Shown: in pieces, positions 1 to 11,242 of the stretch | How the letters are laid out: every line of letters begins with the position of its first letter | Position numbering within the stretch: position 1 is the first letter of the stretch | Origin: Octopus sinensis | Taxonomy: Eukaryota | NCBI RefSeq assembly: GCF_006345805.1 | Contig: NW_021832173.1 | Coordinates: 1-32,954 of the forward strand | Length of the DNA: 32,954 nt | Direction: 5' to 3' | Program-made: the position numbers and the translations under genes | The notes under the pieces: model-generated | The model's input: the letters and a program-made list of their open reading frames with translations, nothing else | Told to the model about the DNA's origin: nothing | Databases searched by the model: none

Positions 1-312
1 TTATTTAATCGACTCCGAAAGGATGAAAGGCTAAGTTGACCTCGGCGGAATTTGAACTCAGAACATTGCGGTAGACGAATACCTATTTCTTTACTACCCA
101 CAAGGGGCTGAACACAGAGAGGACAAACAAGGACAGACAAACGGATTAAGTCGATTATATCGACCCAGTGCGTAACTGGTACTTATTTAATCGACTCCGA
201 AAGGATGAAAGGGAAAGTCGACCTCGGCGGAATTTGAACTCAGAACGTAGCGGCAGACGAAATACCGCTCAGCATTCCGCCTGGGGTGCTAATGTTTTCC
301 CAGCTCGCCGCT
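1..312 (-). mobile_element. tRNA-derived SINE family A, head-to-tail tandem (one full unit plus a 5'-truncated unit running off the window edge)
   Basis: Minus strand reads GCGGCGAGCTGG...TTAGCA...GGTATTTCGTCTGCCGCTACGTTCTGAGTTCAAATTCCGCCGAGGTCGACTTT(G/C)CCTTTCATCCTTTCGGAGTCGATTAAATAAGTACCAG, with B-box-like GAGTTCAAATTCC. The block ttatttaatcgactccgaaaggatgaaagg occurs at 1 and 183 (period 182). Related copies at 12431, 21370, 23909 and 24158. Confidence 0.85.
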
Positions 313-400
313 GGGAATATTGTGTCAGCACATGGGATACCGTTATCTGACAATGAAACAGTGCAGGACATTGAAAAGAATAGTAACGAGAACTTTGAAA

Positions 401-817
401 AGATCTTTTCAGTTTGAACAGCAGTTTTTAACATAATTTCTAGGTAACTAAAACATTTTAAACTTCGTATACTTGTAGAATGTGTTTATAAAACATATTT
501 TTCTCTTGGCTTTATTGAGAAAATTCTATAGTTTGTAAGATATTTGTTGCTCTTTTTCTTCAATTTCTCCAATTTCAACCAATCAATGACGTCTATTCAG
601 TTAAAAAGCATTCTGTGCCGTATGAATATTTCCCTCGTTTAAGAAAGAGATTGGGTTTATTTACATTTGTGAAGAAAAAAATATACCCTTCCCCCCACCC
701 CTAACCCTAACCCTAAAACAGATTGAAATGCAATAGTTCGATAGTAGGGTCATAATTATGGGTGACAATTTCATATGACACCGCTAGAAAAAGCTGCCGT
801 TCAAACCAAAAAGATCC
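401..817. mobile_element. MITE copy 1 (~27-bp TIRs, 8-bp TSD, internal CCCTAA x3)
   Basis: Left end AGATCTTTTCAGTTTGAACAGCAGTTTTT, right end AAAAAGCTGCCGTTCAAACCAAAAAGATCC. Flanks ctttgaaa (393-400) and ctttggaa (818-825). Colinear with copy 2 at 11859-12285. Confidence 0.9.
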
Positions 818-1314
818 CTTTGGAATACTAGATGTCCACACGATCTTCTAAAAGATCTGAAAAGAACTATTCAGAAAAGACCAATAGAGAAGATTAAAGC
901 TGGTGCTATAGTCAAAATTAAAAGGAAAGAATCATGATATTGGCAATTAACAGACGAGCGATATCAGTGTTGAGATAGGGAGTAAAAATACTTAAATGGA
1001 ATGAGGAAGGAGTTCAGAAGACAGACAAAAAGACGCTAGAAGTGATGACAACTCATGGTGCATCGCACCCGAAATGTGACTTTGATAGGCTTTGCCTGTC
1101 AAAAGAAAATGGAATAAGAGGTTTGATAAGTTGCGAGAATAGCATGGAAAGCGAAGAAAATATTATAAGATATTAGTTGGCGAACTGTTGATGGTTGGTG
1201 TAAAAGTTTTTGTGATATGGACTGGAGATTCGATAGATAAAAATGGATATAAATGAATGATTATAGAGAACAAAAAGGCATAGTGGAGTAGAAAAGCAAC
1301 GTGTGAACAGTGTA

Positions 1315-1743
1315 TACTCTTTTACTCTTTTACTCTTTTACTTGTTTCAGTCATTTGACTGCGGCCATGCTGGAGCACCGCCTTTAGTCGAGCAAATCGA
1401 CCCCGGGACTTATTCTTTGTAAGCCCACTACTTATTCTATCGGTCTCTTTTGCCGAACCGCTAAGTGACGGGGACGTAAACACACCAGCATCGGTTGTCA
1501 AGCAATGCTAGGGGAACAAACACAGACACACAACATATACACACACACTTATATATATAATATATATATATATATACACATATACGACGGGCTTCTTTCA
1601 GTTTCCGTCTACCAAATCCACTCACAATGCATTGGTCGGCCCGGGGCTATAGCAGAAGACACTTGCCCAAGGTGCCACGCAGTGGGACTGTACCCGGAAC
1701 CATGTGGTTGGTTAGCAAGCTACTTACCACACAGCCACTCCTG
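1315..1743 (-). mobile_element. tRNA-derived SINE family B (head + internal microsatellite + (AAAAGAGT)n tail)
   Basis: Minus strand GGAGTGGCTGTGTGGTAAG (A-box), CCGGGTACAGTCCC (degenerate B-box), GGCACCTTGGGCAAGTGTC, TA/CA repeat, then ...GGCGGTGCTCCAGCATGGCCGCAGTCAAATGACTGAAACAAGT(AAAAGAGT)n. Eight related copies or fragments in the window. Confidence 0.9.
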
Positions 1744-2206
1744 TGTCACATATAGTAAAATGTGTACAAAAAAGAGATATGCGAATGGATTACAAAGATC
1801 AGGCCTAAGAAGCTGGAAGTGAAGCATTTAGCTGAGAACAAACTATGTGAAAGATCACATCGATAAGAGTGCAGAATCACCCTTATGTGGAAGTCTCTGT
1901 GGTGAAATGGGTGAAAACATTAGCCACATAATGCGTGAATGTAGAAAACTTGAACAAGGAGAATACAAAGAGATATGGCAATATTGTAGGCATTGTTTAT
2001 TGGGAACTACATGGAAATTGTGACTGGAATAGAGCTGATGATAGATGGCATGAATATCAACCTAATGTAATGAAGAAATTGTTGGCTGTTAAGTTGTGGG
2101 ATTTTGCATTGAATGTAATCAAGCGATTGAGGAAAGGAGACCAGACATTGTTATCATTAACATAAAGGAAAAACAAGGATCAAAAGTCCTTCCTGTGACA
2201 TAGGTT

Positions 2207-2428
2207 CATAGGGCCAGTTTCCTAGATTCTGTGGCGTATATACTATTCCCCTGGACGGAACGCTGGTCCGTCGCAGGATTACTTATTATTTGCTTGTTGA
2301 GTGGACTGGAGTAACGTGAAATGGAGTGTTTTGCTCAAGAACACAACACGTTGCCTGGTCCAGAAATCGATATCATAATCTTAAGATCATGAGTGCATCG
2401 CCCTAACCACTATTCCACGCGCCTCCAC
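2207..2428 (-). mobile_element. tRNA-derived SINE family C (V-domain-like), degenerate
   Basis: Minus strand GTGGAGGCGCGTGGAATAGTGGTTAGGG (A-box-like), TGTGTTCTTGAGCAAAACACT, CCTGCGACGGACCAGCGTTCCGTCCAGGGG, ...GGAAACTGGCCCTATG. Shares head and 3' blocks with 26984-27287. Confidence 0.7.
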
Positions 2429-2575
2429 TAATGGGGTAAAACATTGCACTATGATTGATATAGCATTTTTTTTTTTTGTTAACAGAGTGCATGAGAAGGA
2501 ACAAGAAAAGACCTGAAAGCCAAAATTTCAAAACTGAGCCGTATTAGTATGCATTCTATGCAATAACAAAGAATT

Positions 2576-3153
2576 CATACGTACATACATACATACGTAC
2601 ATGCATACATATATACATACATACATACATACATACATACATACATACATACATACATACATACATACATACGTACATACGTACATACATACATACATAC
2701 ATACATACGTACGTACGTACATACATACATACATACATACATACATACATACATACATACATACTTACGTACGTACGTACGTACATACATACATATATAC
2801 ATACATACACACATACATACGTACATACGTACATACATGCATACATACATACACACATACATACGTACATACATACGTTCGTACATACATACATACATAC
2901 ATAGATACATACACACATACATACATACGTACGTACGTACATACATACATACTTACATACGTACATACATACATACATGCATACATACACACATACATAC
3001 ATACATACTTACGTACATACGTACATACACACACACACATACATACATGCATACATTACGTACATACATACATACATACATACATACATACATACACACA
3101 CATAATACGTACAAACATACATACATACACACACACATACATACGAACATACA
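2576..3153. repeat. (CATA)n compound microsatellite
   Basis: Direct reading; source of the YVCM/HTYI ORFs. Confidence 0.97.
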
Positions 3154-4884
3154 TGGTGGCTGTCCCCTCGTTATCGAGTAAGGCCGTTGTACGAAGCTTA
3201 ATCAATGTTGTTATCGTGCAATTCCTGTGCAAGAAGATTTTTTTAAAGTGAGGAAAGGCTGTGCACTGAGTCAATCCCACTCACTAAGCAACAGCAGCCA
3301 TAATCCGAAAAGAAGAACAAGTGAACATCATCGGTAACCACTGAGCCGCAGATTTGTAGCGGAGTTATCCCAGTTACCTGAGTTACCTTCTCCTAGAAGG
3401 ATGCCCTGACAAAGGCTAGGAGTCCTTCACTCCCAATGGTTTAACCGCGCGATCGGGTATTCAGTCCAATTATTTCTATGTCCCCGCGCATGATACAGCC
3501 GTAAGACATTTATGGATGGCCGTTGACTCTCAAGAGTTCCTCCGCCCTTTGACAGGTTTTGTTTTTCATCCCGCAGGGTGTCCAATAAACACCCTCCTCA
3601 CCAAGCAAGATTGGTGGGGCTGCCGGTTTAGTCGCCGACGACCCGACCATGCAACAGGTTTACTGGGTTACATGTTACCAGTAGCACTCGAAAGTGACCT
3701 GACATAATACATACATACATACCACACACATACATACGAACATACATGGTGGCTGCCCTCGTTATCGAGTAAGGCCGTTGTACGAAGCTTAATCAATGTT
3801 GTTATCGTGCAATTCTGTGCAAGAAGATTTTTTTAAAGTGAGGAAAGGCTGTGCACTGATTCAATCCCACTCACTAAGCAACAGCAGCCATAATCCGAAA
3901 AGAAGAACAAGTGAACATCATCGGTACCACTGAGCCGCAGATTTTAGCGGAGTTATCCAGTTACCTGAGTTACCTTCTCCTAGAAGGATGCCCTGACAAA
4001 GGCTAGGAGTCCTTCACTCCCAATGGTTTAACCGCGCGATCGGGTATTCAGTCCAATTATTTCTATGTCCCCGCGCATGATACAGCCGTAAGACATTTAT
4101 GGATGGCCGTTGACTCTCAAGAGTTCCTCCGCCCTTTGACAGGTTTTGTTTTTCATCCCGCAGGGTGTCCAATAAACACCCTCCTCACCAAGCAAGATTG
4201 GTGGGGCTGCCGGTTTAGTCGCCGACGACCCGACCATGCAACAGGTTTACTGGGTTACATGTTACCAGTAGCACTCGAAAGTGACCTGACATAATACATA
4301 CATACATACCACACACATACATACGAACATACATGGTGGCTGTCCCCTCGTTATCGAGTAAGGCCGTTGTACGAAGCTTAATCAATGTTGTTATCGTGCA
4401 ATTCCTGTGCAAGAAGATTTTTTTAAAGTGAGGAAAGCTGTGCACTGAGCTCCCACTCACTAAGCAACAGCAGCCATAATCCGAAAAGAAGAACAAGTGA
4501 ACATCATCGGTAACCACTGAGCCGCAGATTTGTAGCGGAGTTATCCCAGTTACCTGAGTTACCTTCTCCTAGAAGGATGCCCTGACAAAGGCTAGGAGTC
4601 CTTCACTCCCAATGGTTTAACCGCGCGATCGGGTATTCAGTCCAATTATTTCTATGTCCCCGCGCATGATACAGCCGTAAGACATTTATTGGATGGCCGT
4701 GTGACTCTCTCAGAGTTCCTCCGCCCTTTGACAGGTTTTTTTTTTCATCCCGCAGGGTGTCCAATAAACAACCCTCCTCACCAAGCAAGATTGGTGGGGC
4801 TGCCGGTTTAGTCGCCGACGACCCGACCATGCAACAGGTTGTACTGGGTTACATGTTACCAGTAGCACTCGAAAGTGACCTGAC
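3154..4884. repeat. Three tandem near-identical ~550-bp units separated by ~44-bp (CATA)-rich spacers (period ~590 bp)
   Basis: Units at 3154-3703, 3747-4290 and 4334-4884, each running tggtggctg...gaaagtgacctgac. Differences are mostly 1-2-nt indels. Confidence 0.95.
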
Positions 4885-5915
4885 ATACATACATACATAC
4901 ATACACACATACATACATACACACATACATATACATACATACATACATACATACATACATACATACATACATACACAACCTTACCTGTTTTCTTTCTCTC
5001 GTGTTCCCCTGTACTTTTCATTCCTCCTCTACCTGACACCCTGCTTCGCTCCAACCCTCTCTATCTTTACCTATGTCTTTGCCTCTTCCCCTTCTCTCTC
5101 TCACTATCTCTCTCCTTACCCCACTCTCTCTCTACCCAACTCTCTCTCTACCCTACTCTCTCCTCCTAACCCACTCTCTCTCATTCCCTCTCCCTCCCTC
5201 CCTCCCTCCCTCCCTCTCTCTCTCTCCCTCCCTTTTTCGTGGGTTTCCGTCTTTGTACGATTCTCTCTCTATCCATTCGTTTCCTCATTCTTTTATATAT
5301 TAGAATATTTCCTGTTCCATCTTTTTGTCCCTTTTTAAATCCTTCTTTCTCCTTTTTTTTTGCCTCTTTATAGCTTTCTGCCCTCTGTCTCTTCCTCGCC
5401 CTCTCTCTCTCTCTCTCTCTCTCTCCTTCTCTCTCTTTCTCTCATTCCCTCTGACGCCCTATCTTATAGCTAACATATCTGTTTGTCTCTTTCTCTCTTC
5501 CAAACCCTCCCTCTCATATTGTATCTTTCATTCCCCCTCATATTATTCATTTCTTCCCCGTCCCCCCTCTCTCTCTCTCTCTATCTTTATATCTATCTAT
5601 CTACTTCTCTCTCGCTCATCCTTTCTTTCTCTCTTTCTCTCTCTCTCTTTCTCTCCCTCTTTCCCTTTTTTGCTCTGTCTTTGACTCTCTTTGGACTTCT
5701 CTTTCACCCATTTCATTTCTGCACCTCTCTCCTTTTCTCCACCTCCCACTCTTTCTTCATCTCTATCTCTTCCAGCCACTTTCCCTCTCTCTTTCTCTCT
5801 CTCTCTCTCACTCTTTCTCTCTCTCTCTCTCACTCTTTCTCGCTCTCTACTTCTCAGTCGTCCCCTACATTCCTCTTCTTCCTTCTCCTCCCACTCTTCT
5901 CTCACTACAACTAAT
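4885..5915. repeat. (CATA)n followed by a ~930-bp CT-rich polypyrimidine low-complexity tract
   Basis: Direct reading; source of the SL/ER-rich ORFs. Confidence 0.93.
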
Positions 5916-6034
5916 ATGTTCTACAGCCAATAGAGAGCGACAATGGCGCATCATCGCAGCTCCATTGATGTCTCCACTTCTTGCTTCAATTAGCAAATGG
6001 TTGTTAACTCTTATCGTCATCTTATCATTTTCAG

Positions 6035-6037
<3 letters not shown>

Positions 6038-6074
<37 letters not shown>

Positions 6075-6121
6075 TTACATACATACAATATATATGCACA
6101 TATATAGCTATATACACACAC

Positions 6122-6152
<31 letters not shown>

Positions 6153-6241
6153 CTTATACATATATATATATATATATATACATATATATATGTATATATA
6201 TAGAATATGTATATATATATATATGTATGTATTATATATAT

Positions 6242-6272
<31 letters not shown>

Positions 6273-6612
6273 GTGTATATATGTATGTAATATATATATA
6301 TTATATGATATATTATATATATATATATTTCAAGGTGTACTCCATCATATATATTGGTGGAACCAGATATGCATGTATACATGTGTGCGCCTGTATATAT
6401 ACATACACACACACACATATATATATATATACATATACATATACATATATATATATATATCCATATAAGTATATATATATATATGTATATGTACAGTATG
6501 ACAATATACGTTTTTGTGTGTACATATATGAATAAACATATATATATATACATTGATATACATACATATGCAAATATATCATAAATATATAATATACAAA
6601 CGCACGCGTGCG

Positions 6613-6659
<47 letters not shown>

Positions 6660-6690
6660 CACACACACACACATACACTCATGCGCATAC
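6038..6690. repeat. (TA)n/(CA)n compound microsatellite
   Basis: Direct reading. Confidence 0.95.
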
Positions 6691-6792
6691 ACAGACAAAA
6701 CACCCACGAGATGCATTAAACCGTAAAACGTTATATTTCATGGCCTGTACGTCTAGAAAGAATCCCTTCACACCATCACCACCGCGGCCACA

Positions 6793-6827
<35 letters not shown>

Positions 6828-6838
6828 GCAATAACAGC
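6793..6838. repeat. (CAA)n microsatellite
   Basis: Direct reading. Confidence 0.95.
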
Positions 6839-7038
6839 AGAGTAACCATCGATACAGTCGGGATCCAGTTTCTGATAGATTTAATAGCGCCATCTATCGA
6901 TCGTCCTCCAACCAGTGTTTGACACAACAAATTGCCTTTCCCCCCCCCCGCCACTGTTTCGCATCCTAACTCCAGCCCCCCCCCCCCCCTCCCACTCCCC
7001 GCCATCTCTACTTACTGTTTCCGTGAAAATGTTTTTTT

Positions 7039-7079
7039 ACATATACATATACATTCATATAAACATACATATACATATA

Positions 7080-7133
<54 letters not shown>

Positions 7134-7199
7134 CATACATACATACATACATAATACATACTATATATATATACATACATACATACATACATACATTAA

Positions 7200-7255
<56 letters not shown>

Positions 7256-7306
7256 CATATATATAATATATATATATATAATACATACATACATACATAT
7301 ATATAT

Positions 7307-7339
<33 letters not shown>

Positions 7340-7379
7340 TACATACATACATACATAAATACATGCATATATATATACA

Positions 7380-7477
<98 letters not shown>

Positions 7478-7585
7478 CCCACCACATATCTGTGTGTGTA
7501 ATAATAATAATATATAATATGTGTGTGTGCATATATAAGCATGTGTGTGTATGTGTGTGTCTGTGTGTCTGTGTGTCTGTGTGTA
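7039..7585. repeat. (TA)n/(CATA)n/(TG)n compound microsatellite
   Basis: Direct reading. Confidence 0.95.
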
Positions 7586-7977
7586 ACATAATAACAAAAT
7601 ACAAAAGCAAATTGATAAAAAAAAATATATAAAGATAAACATTTTCCAAGAGACAGTTTTCTTTATATTAGGGGAAATTTTTGGCGTGTTTTACCTTAAT
7701 TCTATGTCTGCTCAGGCCAGAAAAAAAAAATAACATATATATAGAGAGAAAATTGATAAATCCAGTGTGGCAAGCAGGCAGACCTGTTGATTTGTTAATT
7801 TTATAATCAGTTATAGACGTTTTTTTGTTCTTTTGTTTCTGTTTTCTGTGTATTCATATGTGTTTTTTTGAGTGTTTTTTGTTCTAGATAATTCTATTAA
7901 ATTAACCGGATGTTGGTATATACGTCTCCACCAAAACGTATTTTCTTTCGCGTTAAATAAGTAAAAAAATGATTATT

Positions 7978-8875
<898 letters not shown>

Positions 8876-9099
8876 GTAATACATTCACAATCACAAATCC
8901 AAACATACCCATCCAGCTTCATACACACTGCAAACGCCTTCAGTTCCAAGTCTGTATATAAATATATGCATGGATATGTATATCCGGTGCGTTTTCTTAT
9001 TCCACTATAATTTGAGAATCCAAAGTTTAAGTGCCAAGATTTACTACCAACGTAGACTTGACGACAGCCTCTTGTCTATGGTTTCCTGTACATTTATTC

Positions 9100-9310
9100 A
9101 ATTACACACACAAACACACACACACAAACACACAAACACACACACACACACACTCACCCACACTCACACTCACATACACGCAGGCACATACACACACATA
9201 AATGTATACCTATATATATACGTGTCTATATAATATATAGGTATATGCACACATGTGCACACTCATATAAATGTGTATGTCTTATATTTATGTGTGTATA
9301 TATATGATGC

Positions 9311-9396
<86 letters not shown>

Positions 9397-9765
9397 GTGT
9401 GGGTACATGAAGATGTATATGTATGCATCTATATGGATATATATATATATGTTTATACTCCTGTGCATAAATATATATACATATATACATATGTGTATGT
9501 ATATATATTTATATATAAAGTTATCCGTATATATGTTTACATATATACATGTGTGTGTCTGTCTATCTGTGTATATGCATTCATATACACATACGCACAA
9601 GCACACACAAACACACACACAGACACACGTAAGTGCGTATGTAGGTATGCAGGTAGGTAGGCATGCGTGTATGTATGTATGAATGCATGTATGTATGTAT
9701 GTATGTATGTATGTATGTATGTATGTATGTATGTATGCATGTATGTATGTATGTATGTATATATG

Positions 9766-9798
<33 letters not shown>

Positions 9799-9925
9799 TT
9801 GTATATATCTATGTATGCATGCATGTATGTATGTATGTATGTTTGTATGTATGTATGTATGTATTTATGTATGTATGTTTGTATATATGTATGTATGTAT
9901 TATGTATGTATGTATGTATGTATGT
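9100..9925. repeat. Compound microsatellite (CA)n-(GATA)n-(TA)n-(TATG)n
   Basis: Direct reading. Confidence 0.95.
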
Positions 9926-9929
9926 CTAG

Positions 9930-10004
9930 AATCTGAAACTTCACGAATCGTTACCCCAGGTTTCTTGTTTCCAATGGTCGGAAACGGAAAGTTATAGAAC
10001 ACAG
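9930..10004 (+). other. Candidate 75-bp exon (unverified)
   Basis: tctag| acceptor and a perfect CAG|GTAAGT donor at 10002-10010. Open phase-0 reading NLKLHESLPQVSCFQWSETESYRTQ. No recognised homology, and the upstream tract is (TATG)n rather than polypyrimidine. Confidence 0.2.
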
Positions 10005-10371
10005 GTAAGTCTTGATTAGATGCACAATAAATAAACGGTTGAATCACATTAGATAATAAATATAACCGTTACTTCAAGCAGTTAGTTCTCATTACTTAAC
10101 ACGTAAAATACCTTCTAAGATCTGATTTTTCTCAAGGAGTTAAAATAGACCTTGAAATATTCTGCAGTATAATCCAGTACACTCCATATCCGTCAAATGT
10201 AAATAATGTAAATAATCCGGTACATATTCCAAATGTAAAGACAAATATAACTATACAGATCCTTATATTTTCTTTCTCTTTCCCAACAGCCATAGATATC
10301 ATAGAACCTTTTATAATTCATTGGTAATTGCGCTTCCTATAAAAAAAAAAATTTATACTGATTAAGTATTA

Positions 10372-10390
10372 GTAGCACTAACCCCCTGCG

Positions 10391-10425
<35 letters not shown>

Positions 10426-10852
10426 TGTCTGTCTGTCTGTCTATCTGTGTACACACATACAGATGCGCATACACACACGTACACACGAACACACACACAC
10501 AAACACACATATGATAGATATATGTGTGCATGCATATACAGGTGCATGCGTGCGCACATACACGCGAGTACTGTCCAAATCTCCGACCAATCACATATAG
10601 CTAGCTGGCATTCAATTGGTGTATCAAGTTTCGGGCATTTTGATTGGGTTTTGGATAGAAAATTCACAAAAGAGTCACTTCTATTGATTTTTTTAATGGC
10701 TTTGCGGAGTGACTGGGGAAATGTAAAGATATGCACGACCACCCTTGGACGGCTTTGAATGACCATAGAAAGTGCGAGCCCTCTAACTGAAAAATTGTGG
10801 ATTTTTATAAGAGACACGCACACAGACATTTTGCCGTTTATATATATGGAGA
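10372..10852 (-). mobile_element. Non-autonomous Helitron copy 1 (3' hairpin damaged by a microsatellite)
   Basis: Minus strand begins A|TCTCCATATATATAAACGGCAAAATGTC and ends CAACGCAGGGGGTTAGTGCTAC|T, a degenerate version of the copy-2 end. The body is the reverse complement of 21657-21960. Confidence 0.75.
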
Positions 10853-11242
10853 TTAATAATGATAATGCTAAAATACTTTTTAACACTAATAATTCTCCTT
10901 CTTCACCTACCTGCAATTCTGTCAATTACCCGCTTTATGATAGCTATTTGGCGCAATCATTAGTATACTGCGTCTAAAGAAGCCTAGATGATAACTTTAA
11001 ACCAAAGTTTGGCCAAATTGTCTTTACCATCATAGTTCTCTCTTTATTAACTGGGAGAAGAAAATTAACGACAATCCTGTAGAGGAATATTTGGTTTCTG
11101 AGAGCGAGAAGCCCACAAATACATTAAAAATTGCTTGGTTTATAGTTGAGCTCGAGACTTCATACGGACATGAAAGAATTTTGTTCTAAATTGTGTTGGC
11201 GATTGTGTTTAACTAAAACAAATTGATTATTTTGCATAGGTA

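Larger units (their letters stand above)
313..2190 (+). pseudogene. Decayed R4/Dong-like (RLE-type) non-LTR retrotransposon, RT C-terminus to endonuclease, interrupted by a MITE and a SINE
   Basis: Conceptual translation across stops and frameshifts: GIPLSDNETVQDIEKNSNENF|GILD, split by the MITE (YKYLG-like RT motif); MILAINRRAISVLR*GVKILKW...DKKTLEVMTTHGASHPKCDFDRLCLSKENGIRGLIS; LCGEMGENISHIMREC (CCHC-like, ~1890-1940); IVYWELHGNCDWNRADDRWHEYQP...LWDF; RRPDIVIINIKEK (RPD at 2138-2146, RLE motif). Confidence 0.8.

Noticed and set aside
699-716. Telomere or chromosome-fusion site (also 12161-12184)
   Set aside because: Only 3-4 CCCTAA units, located inside a MITE at a homologous position in both copies.
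3600-3703. Canonical HDV-like ribozyme in the 590-bp unit (GG-P4-CUAA-ACC on the minus strand)
   Set aside because: J4/2 and a small P4 fit, but no compatible 7-bp P1, P3 and UCC-type L3 could be placed in the required order.
5926-6030. Promoter-like motifs (CCAAT, CAATGGCG) in a short unique island
   Set aside because: Short motifs expected by chance; no CpG island or downstream gene evidence.
6938-7000. G-quadruplex from C-runs (also the G-rich patch at ~24890-24905)
   Set aside because: Mostly homopolymer runs in low-complexity DNA; no contextual evidence of function.
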